Shown: positions 1-10,266, counted from the first letter of the whole stretch. The stretch is DNA of 63,544 nucleotides, filler included, from Nitrospinota bacterium (GCA_030620925.1; 8 parts of 8 records of this genome joined end to end with filler, not necessarily neighbours in it), one strand, 5' to 3'. A program made the numbers and translations. The notes: generated from the letters alone by a model not told the origin.

Positions 1-1
1 A

Positions 2-244
2 TCCCGGGAGCTTCTGCCCGATTATATAGAAGCTGCGAAGTCCATCCCTGAGGTGGTCGGTGGAGAAATCGATAGTAAAGATGGAATAGACCTGGAGAAT
101 GTGCTGGATGAAATAGAGAGGACCTACCTTCTGGAAGCACTGGAGAAAGCAGAAGGAGTGAAGAAAAGAGCTGCAGAACTCCTTAATCTCAGTTTCAGAT
201 CCTTGAGGTACAGGCTCAAGAAGCACCAGTTGGATTCCAGATAG
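2..244 (+). CDS. Sigma-54-dependent Fis-family regulator (PilR/NtrC-like), C-terminal HTH, 5'-truncated by window edge
   Basis: Frame open from position 2; ...IERTYLLEALEKAEGVKKRAAELLNLSFRSLRYRLKK is a Fis-type HTH_8. Confidence 0.8.
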   Translation, partial: SRELLPDYIEAAKSIPEVVGGEIDSKDGIDLENVLDEIERTYLLEALEKAEGVKKRAAELLNLSFRSLRYRLKKHQLDSR

Positions 245-467
245 CCTACCCCGCGGCCCAAGTTCCTTAATATGTATATGAAAACCTTCTATGTACTTCC
301 AAAATCGGGTCCGGACCCCCAATTTCAAAACCATTTATGCGGTATACATGATTCAAAGTGTATGATACCTTGCCCCAGGAGATTTCCGGAGGTAGGATTT
401 GAGATGAGTTGTACATCTATTCCGTATCCCCGGTCATTTTTTAGCTAACGATAACTCTAGGGATGAG

Positions 468-3400
468 ATGAGCGACAGATCGTTTGAAGAAATTCTCGGC
501 GCCCTGTCCGAGACCCTTTGTGAATCCCGCAAAAGTGCGGAGGTTATGGGATTACTCCCGTCTGCAAGAGCCCTGCTCCTCGCTAAATTGTACGAGAAAA
601 CCGCTAGGCCGATGCTGATCATAACCGGTGATAACCAGACGGGCAGGGAGCTGCACCGCGATATGGAGTTCTTTTGGCCCGCCGAAAAAGGGCGCGGCCT
701 CTTTTTCTACCCCCATCTCCGGTCAGGGTTTATGGCCCAGGAAGCGCGCCTGGAGCGGATGGAGGCCCTTGAGGGGCTCCGCAGCAATGCGGAAGGGCCC
801 GCGGCGGCAGTGGCATCGCTGAACGCCGTTTTTCAGAGCGTACCGCCCGAAGAGACTTTCGTAGCCCATCTATTAGAAATCTCCTGCGGCGATTTCCTGG
901 ATAGAGACAACCTCTCCCGCTCACTGTCGGATGCAGGGTATCAACGGGCGGACATGGCTGAAGAGGTAGGAGACTTCAGCGTGAGGGGAGGAATCGTAGA
1001 TGTCTTCCCGCCCCTTTCGGAAAACCCCGTGAGGATAGAGTTCTTCGGCGACAAGGTGGAGTCTATAAGGGAGTTCAGCGTTGCTGATCAATTGTCCATA
1101 AAGAGAGTGGAAAAGATACGGGTGGTGCCGGTAAAAGAACCGACAGCCGAAGAGCAGCCCGCCCGGCAGGGCGGCTCTCAACCCATGGAGGGAACCGTAT
1201 TCGAGTACCTGGGCGCAAATGGGGTCATAGTGCTGGATGAGGCGGGTCTCATAAGGGAAAAATTGAAGGCAGGCCCTCCGCAAGAAGAGCAGGAGGAGAT
1301 GTCTGAAGGCGAAGTGGCATTTTCTTCAGACTCCTCCCCCATGCCTCGCTATCTGGATACCGCCCTTCTCAGAGAGGGGATGGAGAGGGCCGTCGTTCTG
1401 GGGCTCTCGACGCTCTCCCTCGGCCCGGAAGACCAGGACGCTGCTCACAACCTTGTATCAAACAGGGTGGCCTCGTTCCGGGGAAAGTTCAACAACTTTA
1501 TAGAGCAGCTTAAGAGCTGGATTGCTGGAGGGTACTCCACGCTTCTGGTATCCCACAACGAGTACCAGGCCCGCAGGATGAAAGCGCTACTGGAGGATTA
1601 CGACCTTGGCGCTAAGATTTACGGGCATCTGAGAGAGCTTGCAGGCGAAGGAGGAGGATGGAAATCGTCGGCCCTGCCCCCGCTGGCAATCTGCATCGGT
1701 TCCCTGACCGCCGGTTTCGAGATTCCCGCAGCCCGACTGGTGGTGGTCACGGAATTGGAAGTTTTCGGGGCGGTTAAGAAGGTCAGGGAGAAGACAAAAC
1801 GAAAAGCAGGGAAATTTGTCTCCGATTTCAGGGATTTGCGGGTCGGCGATTTCGTGGTCCACGTGGATTATGGTATCGGCCAGTACAGGGGGATGTTCGA
1901 CCTCGGTATTAATAGCCGCTCCTCCGAGTTCCTCAAGATACAGTATGCAGGAGGGGAGTTCCTCTACGTTCCCGTGGAGTCTTTGAACCTGGTGCAAAAG
2001 TATGCCGGCTCCGGGGCCGTTCAGCCGTCGCTCGACAGGTTGGGCAGTTCGGCATGGAAGCGAAAAAAAGCGAGCGTCAAGGAATCCGTCCGGAAATTGG
2101 CCAAGGAACTGCTGGAGCTGTATGCCTCCAGGGAGCTGGTGGAGGGACATTCCTTCTCGCCCGACAACCCCTGGCATCAGGAGTTCGATTCCGCCTTCGA
2201 GTATGAGGAGACGCCCGACCAGTTGAAGGCGATAGAAGAGGTAAAGGCGGATATGGAGCGGCCTCGAGCCATGGACAGGCTCATTTGCGGCGATGTGGGT
2301 TACGGCAAAACAGAAGTGGCAATGCGCGCCAGCTTCAAGGTGGTCATGGACTCCAAGCAAGTAGCGGTGCTCGTGCCCACTACCATCCTGGCCCAGCAGC
2401 ATTTAAACACCTTTTCCCGGCGATTCGAGCCCTATCCTGTTAAATTGGAGGTGCTCAGCCGTTTTAAATCGCCTAAAGAGCAAAATGCCATCCTGGAGGG
2501 GCTTGCTGAAGGGAGAGTGGACATAGTAATCGGCACACACCGGCTGCTCCAGAAAGACGTCGTGTTTAAAAACCTGGGCCTGATGGTGGTGGATGAAGAG
2601 CAGCGCTTCGGCGTTAAGCATAAGGAAAAGCTTAAAAAACTGCGCAAGATGGTCGATGTCCTCACCCTTACCGCCACCCCCATACCCAGGACGCTTTATC
2701 TATCCATGATGGGAGTGAGGGACTTAAGCATAATCGACACTCCCCCCGAGGACAGGCTCTCCATAGAGACGCATCTGCTGAGGTTCAGCGACCAGGTGAT
2801 AAGAAAAGCCATCATGAAGGAGATAGAGCGGGGCGGGCAGGTATACTTCGTTCACAACCGCGTGGAAAGCATAGAGGCCATGCGTAAGTATCTGAGGAAA
2901 CTGGTGCCCGAGGTGAAAATAGGGGTGGCGCATGGTCAAATGCGCGAACGCTCCCTGGAAAATATTATGATCCGTTTCCTCAGCAGAGAGTTCGATCTGC
3001 TTTTAGCCACCAGCATCATAGAATCGGGGCTGGATATATCATCGGTTAACACCATCTTGATAAACCGTGCAGACAGGTTTGGCCTCTCCCAGCTCTATCA
3101 GCTCAGGGGTAGGGTGGGGCGCGACAAGTACAAAGCCTATGCCTACCTGCTCGTTCCAGCCAAGGATGCCATTACCGAAATCGCCCGGGAACGCCTCAAA
3201 GCCATTCAGGAGCTCACCGAGCTCGGCTCCGGATTCCGCCTGGCCACCAGAGACATGGAAATACGCGGTGCAGGGAATATATTAGGCGCCGAACAGTCCG
3301 GGCACATTGCAACCGTGGGGTTCGATCTCTATTGCCGCCTCATAGAAGAGACCATCCATGAGATAAAAGGTGATGAATATCAAGAAGAACTGGAGGCGGA

Positions 3401-3854
3401 GATAGACCTCGGCTACCAGGGAATGATACCCCAGGACTATGTAACCGACACGAACCTTCGCCTGATGATTTACAAAAAGCTTTCCCCGCTGAAAGAAGCC
3501 GAAGAGCTAAGCGGCTATAGGGGAGAGCTGGAGGACAGATACGGCAAGCTGCCACCGCCTATGCAAAAACTGATGGAATACTTCGAAATCAAGATTATGG
3601 CCGGGAGACTCAGGCTGGAGAAGTTAAAAATCGAAGGAGAGAATTGCCTGCTTACATTTCATGAGACCACCCCCCTGGAGCCTGATGCAGTGATCGATCT
3701 GGTGAAGCGAAAAGGAGAGGGCGCCCGCTTCGTGTCTGATAAAACCATCCAAATAAAACTCTATGACGGCGATTCTGAGAACATATTTATATATTTGAAA
3801 AAATTGTTGCAAGATTTTATAAATAATGATAATTTTAATAGAAAACGAGGTTAA
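468..3854 (+). CDS. mfd: Transcription-repair coupling factor
   Basis: 1128 aa; UvrB-like RGGIVDVF, RID domain (VVHVDYGIGQY), helicase motifs GDVGYGKTEVA, DEEQRFGV, TATPIPRT, QLRGRVGR, TRG motif RDMEIRGAGNILG. Confidence 0.98.
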   Translation: MSDRSFEEILGALSETLCESRKSAEVMGLLPSARALLLAKLYEKTARPMLIITGDNQTGRELHRDMEFFWPAEKGRGLFFYPHLRSGFMAQEARLERMEALEGLRSNAEGPAAAVASLNAVFQSVPPEETFVAHLLEISCGDFLDRDNLSRSLSDAGYQRADMAEEVGDFSVRGGIVDVFPPLSENPVRIEFFGDKVESIREFSVADQLSIKRVEKIRVVPVKEPTAEEQPARQGGSQPMEGTVFEYLGANGVIVLDEAGLIREKLKAGPPQEEQEEMSEGEVAFSSDSSPMPRYLDTALLREGMERAVVLGLSTLSLGPEDQDAAHNLVSNRVASFRGKFNNFIEQLKSWIAGGYSTLLVSHNEYQARRMKALLEDYDLGAKIYGHLRELAGEGGGWKSSALPPLAICIGSLTAGFEIPAARLVVVTELEVFGAVKKVREKTKRKAGKFVSDFRDLRVGDFVVHVDYGIGQYRGMFDLGINSRSSEFLKIQYAGGEFLYVPVESLNLVQKYAGSGAVQPSLDRLGSSAWKRKKASVKESVRKLAKELLELYASRELVEGHSFSPDNPWHQEFDSAFEYEETPDQLKAIEEVKADMERPRAMDRLICGDVGYGKTEVAMRASFKVVMDSKQVAVLVPTTILAQQHLNTFSRRFEPYPVKLEVLSRFKSPKEQNAILEGLAEGRVDIVIGTHRLLQKDVVFKNLGLMVVDEEQRFGVKHKEKLKKLRKMVDVLTLTATPIPRTLYLSMMGVRDLSIIDTPPEDRLSIETHLLRFSDQVIRKAIMKEIERGGQVYFVHNRVESIEAMRKYLRKLVPEVKIGVAHGQMRERSLENIMIRFLSREFDLLLATSIIESGLDISSVNTILINRADRFGLSQLYQLRGRVGRDKYKAYAYLLVPAKDAITEIARERLKAIQELTELGSGFRLATRDMEIRGAGNILGAEQSGHIATVGFDLYCRLIEETIHEIKGDEYQEELEAEIDLGYQGMIPQDYVTDTNLRLMIYKKLSPLKEAEELSGYRGELEDRYGKLPPPMQKLMEYFEIKIMAGRLRLEKLKIEGENCLLTFHETTPLEPDAVIDLVKRKGEGARFVSDKTIQIKLYDGDSENIFIYLKKLLQDFINNDNFNRKRG

Positions 3855-4060
3855 TAAGACACCTTTTTAAAATCCCGATAGAAGGATTTCGCAATAATAC
3901 TTGAAACACTCTGGAAATAACAGTAAACTGTCGTTTGGGCTTGTCTTTGAAGGCGGTTGACGCATCGTGGCCCCGATTCCAGAGGCCCTGCGGCAATACA
4001 TACTTTAAAATGTTCTATAAGACGTGGTATAGGGGGCAAAACGAGGCACGGGTTGACATT

Positions 4061-5047
4061 GTGAAAAGAGTTAAACTTATGGCAAAAGGAATTTCCGCCC
4101 TGGCTGTCCTGCTTTTATTAACATTATCGGTGGGCGCGGCGCGGGGGATAGTAATAGACCGGGTTGTGGCTAAGGTTAACGATGAGGTCATTACCCTGAG
4201 CGAAGTTCAGGAGAAGGGTATGCCTCTGCTTTCTAAGGTGAGGGGCAGCCGTTCTGAAAACGGGCGAGAAGTGCAGGAAGCGGAAAAAGAGGTTCTGAAT
4301 CGCCTCATAGATATAAAGCTTCAGCTCCAGGACGCCAGAAGTCTCGGTTTAACTATCGCTGAGAAGATAGTTGATGAAGCCGTTGAGAACATAAAGAAAA
4401 AGAATAACATCACCCAGGAAGCCCTGGAAAGGATGCTGGTGGAGGCGGGCACCGGCATCGAGGCTTACCGAAACGAGATAAGGGATCAATACCTGTTGCA
4501 GAGGGTCTATTATTTCAGGGTCATAACCTCCGCCAAAGTTAATGCGGCCGACATAAAAGCCTATTACACAGAACATATATCCGAGTATACAAGTCCGGGA
4601 AAGGTGAACGTCTTTCAGATTTTCTTCACCGTGGACCCCGGCAACCCCACCAAGAGGGAGGATGTGGTGCGGGCCAGGGCCATGGAAGTAATAGAGCGTA
4701 TAAGCGCCGGTGAAGATTTCGCCATTCTGGCTAAAGCCTATTCCGAAGGACCGAACGCATCACTGGGGGGAGACTTGGGATTTTTTAAGCGCGGGGAGGT
4801 TCTTCCCGTGCTTGAAGAAGCCATGTTCAGCCTGGAATCGGGCCAGGTTAGCGATCTTATCAGGAGCAAAGCGGGCTTCCATATTCTCAAGGTCAAGGAG
4901 CATATTTATCCTGCGCCCTTGCCCATAGAAAAAGTTAAAAAAGATATAATTAGTATCATCAAAAAGGAAAAAGCTGAGGATAATTACGGGAAATGGATTA
5001 AAGAACTGAGGCAAAAAGCTTTTATAGAGATAACCTACGACCTGTAA
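4061..5047 (+). CDS. SurA/PrsA-like parvulin peptidyl-prolyl isomerase (start could be GTG 4061 or ATG 4079)
   Basis: Signal peptide, SurA N-domain DRVVAKVNDEVITLSE, PpiC motifs FAILAKAYSEG..GGDLG and GFHILKV; follows mfd. Confidence 0.88.
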   Translation: MKRVKLMAKGISALAVLLLLTLSVGAARGIVIDRVVAKVNDEVITLSEVQEKGMPLLSKVRGSRSENGREVQEAEKEVLNRLIDIKLQLQDARSLGLTIAEKIVDEAVENIKKKNNITQEALERMLVEAGTGIEAYRNEIRDQYLLQRVYYFRVITSAKVNAADIKAYYTEHISEYTSPGKVNVFQIFFTVDPGNPTKREDVVRARAMEVIERISAGEDFAILAKAYSEGPNASLGGDLGFFKRGEVLPVLEEAMFSLESGQVSDLIRSKAGFHILKVKEHIYPAPLPIEKVKKDIISIIKKEKAEDNYGKWIKELRQKAFIEITYDL

Positions 5048-5101
5048 GAGAAGAAGGCTGAGCATAAGGTCGGTTGATAGGCGGGCCTAAGGGAATTAAA
5101 A

Positions 5102-5389
5102 TTGCGCCTGGATAACTACCTAAAAACCTGTCGTCTGATAAGGAAGAGGGCCCTGGCCAAAGAGTTGTGCAAGGAGGGGGCCGTATCCGTGAACGGTATG
5201 AAAGCCAAAGCGGGGAGGGCAGTCAAAGAAGGGGACAGAATAATTATAGATTTATGGGATAAGTCGATGGAGCTGGAGGTGGTGAGCCTGCCGGCTGGGA
5301 ATGTGTCGCGCAGCGAGGCTCGAGAGTTGTACTGTATGTTGGATGAACGTAAGAAGTCGATGGAAATGGAGCGGCAAAGCCCCGACTAA
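5102..5389 (+). CDS. S4-domain RNA-binding protein (YabO/Hsp15-like)
   Basis: MRLDNYLKTCRLIRKRALAKELCKEGAVSVNGMKAKAGRAVKEGDRI; TTG start. Confidence 0.88.
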   Translation: MRLDNYLKTCRLIRKRALAKELCKEGAVSVNGMKAKAGRAVKEGDRIIIDLWDKSMELEVVSLPAGNVSRSEARELYCMLDERKKSMEMERQSPD

Positions 5390-5487
5390 TCTCTCGAGCG
5401 AGTGAAGGGACACCACTGGAAAATGTTTTCCTAAGTAATTACAAAGAGAGAGGTAATAACTTTAACTTTTGAAAGGTGTGAAGGAAG

Positions 5488-6276
5488 ATGAATGTGAAAA
5501 AAAACAAGGAACAGGATATCGTAAAAGCCGTCGACCATGCTTTCGACGTGCTTGAAGCCTTTAACGGGAAAAGCGATGAGTTGGGTGTTACGGAGCTGAG
5601 CAAGGCTCTGGGCCTCTCGAAAAACAACGTGTTCAGACTGTTGGCCACCTTTGAGCTGAGAGGTTATATAGAGCAGAATAAGAAAACCGAAAACTATCGG
5701 CTGGGCCTCAAGGTGTTTGAACTGGGCCAGATATACAAACACCAGAGCGGACTGCTGAGACAGGCGCGCCCCATACTCAAAGAGATGGTGGCCGAATGCG
5801 ACGAATCTGCCTATATCGCCATTATGAGAGACGGCCATGTCGTCTATCTGGATATGATCGACACCACGAAGTCCATCAAAGTAATTTCCAGGGTGGGTTT
5901 GAGGGTGCCCGGATACTGCACGGCCATCGGTAAAGCCCAGTTGGCATTCGAGTCGGAGGACGAGATAGAAAGGTTGTACGAGGGGAAAACTCTGGAGCGG
6001 TTCACCAAAAACACCATTACCGACCTGGGAAAACTCAGGGCCGAGCTCCAGCAGATAACCATCGATGGTGAAGCCATAGACACCGGAGAGTACGAAGAAG
6101 AGATCAAGTGTGTGGGCGTTCCCATAAGGGATTACACACGCCGGGTCGTGGCCGGCATCTGCATATCCGGCCCTTCTTTCCGCATGGCCAAAGAACGGAT
6201 GAAAAAGGAGCTTTCCCCGCTGGTCCATGATGCCGGCATGAGGATATCCATGAAGTTAGGCTACCCCGGGGATTAA
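5488..6276 (+). CDS. IclR-family transcriptional regulator
   Basis: N-terminal wHTH (LGVTELSKALGLSKNNVFRLLATF), YRLG, CTAIGKA, CVGVPIRD..AGICISGP. Confidence 0.95.
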   Translation: MNVKKNKEQDIVKAVDHAFDVLEAFNGKSDELGVTELSKALGLSKNNVFRLLATFELRGYIEQNKKTENYRLGLKVFELGQIYKHQSGLLRQARPILKEMVAECDESAYIAIMRDGHVVYLDMIDTTKSIKVISRVGLRVPGYCTAIGKAQLAFESEDEIERLYEGKTLERFTKNTITDLGKLRAELQQITIDGEAIDTGEYEEEIKCVGVPIRDYTRRVVAGICISGPSFRMAKERMKKELSPLVHDAGMRISMKLGYPGD

Positions 6277-6292
6277 AAGCCCCCAGACTCAA

Positions 6293-6838
6293 ATGAAATA
6301 CAAAGACAAGAGAACGGTGATGAACAAGGAGGAGATGAGAAGGGCCGTAATGCGCATCGCCCATGAGATTCTGGAGAAGAACAAGGATGCAAAAGACCTG
6401 GTTATCATCGGGATAAAGGGTGGAGGCGTATTTTTAGCCAGGCGGCTGGTCAGCCAGATAGAAAAGATCGAGCAGATGGACGTGCCCATAGGAGAAATGG
6501 ATATCACCCTCTACCGTGACGATACGCCAAGCCCGCTCAATAAACCCATAATCCACAAGACCGAAATACCCTGCTCCATTAACGACAAAAGAGTAGTCCT
6601 GGTGGACGACGTGCTTTACACCGGAAGGACCATCAGGGCCGCACTGGACAGTCTCATGGATATGGGCAGGCCCAGCGCGGTGCAATTGGCCGTGCTCATA
6701 GACAGGGGCCACCGTGAACTGCCCATCCAGGCCGATTACGTTGGCAAAAACATCCCCACTGCCAGGAGCGAGGATGTAAAAGTGAAGCTGGAGGAAGAGG
6801 AAGGGGAGGACAGCGTTATCATACAGGAAGCGGTTTGA
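6293..6838 (+). CDS. pyrR: Bifunctional pyr attenuation regulator / uracil phosphoribosyltransferase
   Basis: RIAHEILEKN, DITLYRDD, PRPP motif VVLVDDVLYTGRTIRAA, DRGHRELPIQADYVGKN. Confidence 0.97.
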   Translation: MKYKDKRTVMNKEEMRRAVMRIAHEILEKNKDAKDLVIIGIKGGGVFLARRLVSQIEKIEQMDVPIGEMDITLYRDDTPSPLNKPIIHKTEIPCSINDKRVVLVDDVLYTGRTIRAALDSLMDMGRPSAVQLAVLIDRGHRELPIQADYVGKNIPTARSEDVKVKLEEEEGEDSVIIQEAV

Positions 6839-6895
6839 AAGAGTTGGAGTAAGAGTGTGAACATGAAATTTCCGGTGCGCTCAAGAATTGTTATG

Positions 6896-6931
6896 AGCCT
6901 TCTCCTTTGATTAAGGGGGAGGCTTTTTTTT
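6896..6931 (+). terminator. Intrinsic terminator between pyrR and the amidohydrolase gene
   Basis: AGCCTTCTCCTT-TGATT-AAGGGGGAGGCT stem (12 bp including G:U pairs) followed by a T run. Confidence 0.85.
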
Positions 6932-6940
6932 ATTGATAAA

Positions 6941-8215
6941 ATGAAAAAGGAGCGATCACAAGTGCCTCACGGCTACAGCCTTATGGTAAAAGAAGCACTT
7001 ATCCAGAGCGCTGAAGAATCCAGCCAAACTGATATTTGTATAAACAGCGGTGAAATATGCGATATAGGCAGACCCCTCGAACACCAGGCGGATGAGTACA
7101 TAGAAGCCGGAGGGAAACTGGTTAGCCCGGGCTTCGCCAACGCTCACACCCACCTGGACAAGTCGGACCTCCTTTCTCGAATGACGCCGGACCAGTTCGG
7201 ATACAGTCTGGAGCAGAACCGTCAGCTCATACGACAGTTTAAGAAGAACTATACCGTCTCCGAAGTAAAGGAGAGGGCCGTAAAAGTCGCTCTGGAGATG
7301 CTGGCGCAGGGCACCACCGCCATCCGGACACAGGTGGATGTAGACCCCACCGCGGGCCTTACCCCCCTGAAAGCTTTGCTGGAATTGAAAGAAGAGCTGG
7401 TAGATAAAATTACCATACAGATATGCGCTTTTCCGCAGGAAGGGGTGCTCAAGGAAGGAGCATATAAATTGCTGGAAGGGGCCATGCAAGAGGGAGCGGA
7501 CCTCCTGGGAGGTCTTCCTCTGGTGGAGGAGGGGCTTGAGAACCAGAGACGTCATATAGATCTGCTTTTTGAGCTGGCCATGAAATATGATAAGCATCTG
7601 GACGTTCAGGTGGATGAGTCCAACGACCCCAAGGATTTTATCCTGCCCTACCTCGTGGAGAAGACCTTGATGGAGGGGTATCAGGGGCGCGTCGCCGCCA
7701 CGCACGCCATCTCACTGGCCGCCGTGGAAGACGCCGCGGCAATGCCGGTTATGGAAAAGATGGCCGAGGCGAAGATGACGGTGATCGTGACCCCCAGTTG
7801 CAACCTCATCACCCGGTTCCCGGCGCAGCCCGGCTCGCGCCCCCACAACAGCATCACCCGCATAAAGGAACTTTCCCGGGCGGGTGTGAAGGTGGCGTTG
7901 GGCACGGATAATATCCGAGACGTCTTCTACCCCCTGGGAAACGGCAGCATGTTAAGAGAGATGCACGTGATGGCGACCACCACGCGCTTGAGCGGAGTAA
8001 AAGATATAGATGCAGTACTGGATATGGCCACCCTGAACGCCGCGGAATTGCTCGGTCTCGATTACGGTGTTGAAAAAGGTAAGACCGCTGATCTGCTGGT
8101 GACCGCGGCAGATTCCAAAAGAGACCTCATTTGCGGCCCGGAAAATATTCCTGTTATAATAAAAAACGGGAGGATGGTCAGAAGGACGGCCCCCGTCCCG
8201 CCGACCAGGTCGTAG
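6941..8215 (+). CDS. Amidohydrolase of the bacterial cytosine deaminase (CodA)-like family
   Basis: PGFANAHTHLDKS (HxH), GTTAIRTQVDV, AFPQEG, AATHA, ALGTDNIRD, MATLNAA, GKTADL. Confidence 0.85.
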   Translation: MKKERSQVPHGYSLMVKEALIQSAEESSQTDICINSGEICDIGRPLEHQADEYIEAGGKLVSPGFANAHTHLDKSDLLSRMTPDQFGYSLEQNRQLIRQFKKNYTVSEVKERAVKVALEMLAQGTTAIRTQVDVDPTAGLTPLKALLELKEELVDKITIQICAFPQEGVLKEGAYKLLEGAMQEGADLLGGLPLVEEGLENQRRHIDLLFELAMKYDKHLDVQVDESNDPKDFILPYLVEKTLMEGYQGRVAATHAISLAAVEDAAAMPVMEKMAEAKMTVIVTPSCNLITRFPAQPGSRPHNSITRIKELSRAGVKVALGTDNIRDVFYPLGNGSMLREMHVMATTTRLSGVKDIDAVLDMATLNAAELLGLDYGVEKGKTADLLVTAADSKRDLICGPENIPVIIKNGRMVRRTAPVPPTRS

Positions 8216-8282
8216 CAGGGCGGGGATAAACCCTGCCTCGAGGAGTATGGTGGCCCGGGAGGGCTAACTGAAAGGGAATAAG

Positions 8283-9221
8283 ATGCCCCCTATAGAGAGC
8301 GAGATAGAAGAGCTGGTGAAGGAAGCTTACGACCTGCACCTGCACGTGGGCCCCGACATCCTCCCCCGAAAGTACAACGTGAAAAAACTGATAGCCGAAG
8401 AAGAGGGGAGAATAGCAGGTGTGGCCCTCAAATCTCACAGTTTCCCCACCATTTCCGCCATCGCCGACGTGCTGCAACAGCAGCAGAGCCCTCTGAAGCT
8501 CATCGGCTCGATAACCCTCAACTATTTCATGGGCGGGTTCAACCCCAGTGCGGTGTACGCCTCTACCATCATGTCAACCGAGTTCCCGCTCATCGTCTGG
8601 TTCCCCACCGTCCACGCATGGAACCACCTCAAACACAACTACAGCGACTACGAGATTCCGCCCGAATGGGTCAAAGATCCTAATTTTATGCCCAGGCTGA
8701 AAACTGAGCTTAAGGCCATTCGTGTATCCGATGACTTGAATAATCGTCTCTTCGAGAAATGCTCGAAAGTGCTGAACATGGTGCGCAGGCTGAATTGCAT
8801 CATCGCCACCGGACATCTCTCCTGGCCCGAAGCGGAGACTCTCACCAGAGAGGCGCTGGATATGGGATGCAAAGTAATCCTTACCCACCCCATGCAAAAA
8901 GATATCAATATGCCCCTTGAGGTGCAGATAGAGCTGGCCCGGGCGGGCGCCTTCGTGGAGTTCTGCTATATCATGTATCTGGACAGGGATAACCCCGAAG
9001 ATTACCCCCCGGACCTCATTACCAAATATATCAACGAGATAGGCGCTGAACATTGTATCCTCTCCTCGGATGCCGGCCAGCACCACAACCCGGGGCCCAG
9101 CGAGTCACTCATGAGTTTCGCGATACTGCTTGCTGAACAGGGCATCACCATCGATCAGTTGGAAAAAATGATGGTGAGGAACCCCCGCTATCTCCTGGGG
9201 TTGGAAGAAGCGGACACTTAA
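8283..9221 (+). CDS. Metal-dependent TIM-barrel amidohydrolase-related protein (DUF6282-like)
   Basis: YDLHLHVGPD, LKSH, VWFPT, ATGHLS, LTHP, ILSSDAGQ..NP, RNPRYLL. Confidence 0.75.
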   Translation: MPPIESEIEELVKEAYDLHLHVGPDILPRKYNVKKLIAEEEGRIAGVALKSHSFPTISAIADVLQQQQSPLKLIGSITLNYFMGGFNPSAVYASTIMSTEFPLIVWFPTVHAWNHLKHNYSDYEIPPEWVKDPNFMPRLKTELKAIRVSDDLNNRLFEKCSKVLNMVRRLNCIIATGHLSWPEAETLTREALDMGCKVILTHPMQKDINMPLEVQIELARAGAFVEFCYIMYLDRDNPEDYPPDLITKYINEIGAEHCILSSDAGQHHNPGPSESLMSFAILLAEQGITIDQLEKMMVRNPRYLLGLEEADT

Positions 9222-9331
9222 TGAAGCGCCTCTATCCGGGCCTGACATACCATTTCAATAAGAAGAACGAGGGATAAACCAGCGGCTTAACATTGGAATT
9301 TTTTCCTGATACGTTAACCCGGAGCTCGAGT

Positions 9332-9971
9332 ATGCCGCAAAAACATAACGCCGAACGTTGGGATGAGATATTCGCCTCCTCGGAGGGTGATATTTCATGG
9401 CCTCTCGCTTATCTGGTCGAAGAGATGGACAGGCTCAAGCTGAAGGGCCGGGCCCTCGACCTGGGGTGTGGTGCGGGTCGGCACTGCATACCGCTGGTGC
9501 GCAATGGCTTCGAGACCCACGGACTGGATATTTCCCTTAAAGCGCTGTCGAAGGCTGCTCATAACATCCGGAGGGAAGGGGCAGATGCCAATTTGAAACA
9601 GGGGGAAATGGGAAACTTACCGTACAGAGAAGGCATCTTCGACCTGGTGGTGTGCATAAACGTGATTCACCATAACGACTCAGAAGGTGCCCGGAGGAGC
9701 ACCGAAGAGATAAAGCGGGTGTTAAAACCGGGAGGATATCTCATCGCCACCATCGCCGCCACCAGACACTATAATTACGGCAAAGGCAAAAAGATAGATG
9801 AAAAGACCTTCCTCCGCCAATCGGGAGTCGAAACCGGGATTCTTCATTATTTCATGGAGGAGAAGGACGTCCGGTCCCACTTTCAGGGTTTTGCCTTTGA
9901 GCACCTGGCCGAGCTTTTGGGCCCCGGTTTTTTTAACGAGAGCAGAGGAAAGGAGAACTACCACTGGTTCC
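9332..9971 (+). CDS. Class I SAM-dependent methyltransferase, 3'-truncated by contig end
   Basis: ALDLGCGAGRH, GLDIS, LPY..FDLVV, RVLKPGG. Confidence 0.9.
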
Positions 9972-10071
9972 NNNNNNNNNNNNNNNNNNNNNNNNNNNNN
10001 NNNNNNNNNNNNNNNTTAATTAATTAANNNNNNNNNNNNNNNNNNNNNNNNNNNNNNNNNNNNNNNNNNNN
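9972..10071. other. Artificial contig linker
   Basis: 44 N + TTAATTAATTAA (stops in all six frames) + 44 N. Confidence 0.99.
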
Positions 10072-10266
10072 AGTGACCGGCAGGAAGAAGTCGTGGCCGC
10101 GGTCTCATACGCTATTCATAACCACCTGCGCCAAGAAGCCGTCCCACTCCTGCCGGCGGCGGCCGGTGAAGGGAACGGCAAGGGCTCGAACCCCTGGAGC
10201 ATCGCGGGAAGGATGCGCCTCATGAACGACAGGGCCAGATTGCTGGATAGGGGGCGCGGAAGGTAA
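10072..10266 (+). CDS. C-terminus of a Na+-translocating decarboxylase OadG/MmdD-type (delta) subunit, 5'-truncated; not in the ORF track
   Basis: Translates SDRQEEVVAAVSYAIHNHLRQ...SNPWSIAGRMRLMNDR...*; the EEVVAA..AI and W..AGR..M pattern plus position before biotin carrier and beta subunit. Confidence 0.7.
   Translation, partial: SDRQEEVVAAVSYAIHNHLRQEAVPLLPAAAGEGNGKGSNPWSIAGRMRLMNDRARLLDRGRGR

Noticed and set aside
5433-5462. Imperfect inverted repeat AAGTAATTAC / GTAATAACTT upstream of the IclR gene
   Set aside because: Could be an autoregulatory site, but it is a single AT-rich instance with no corroboration.
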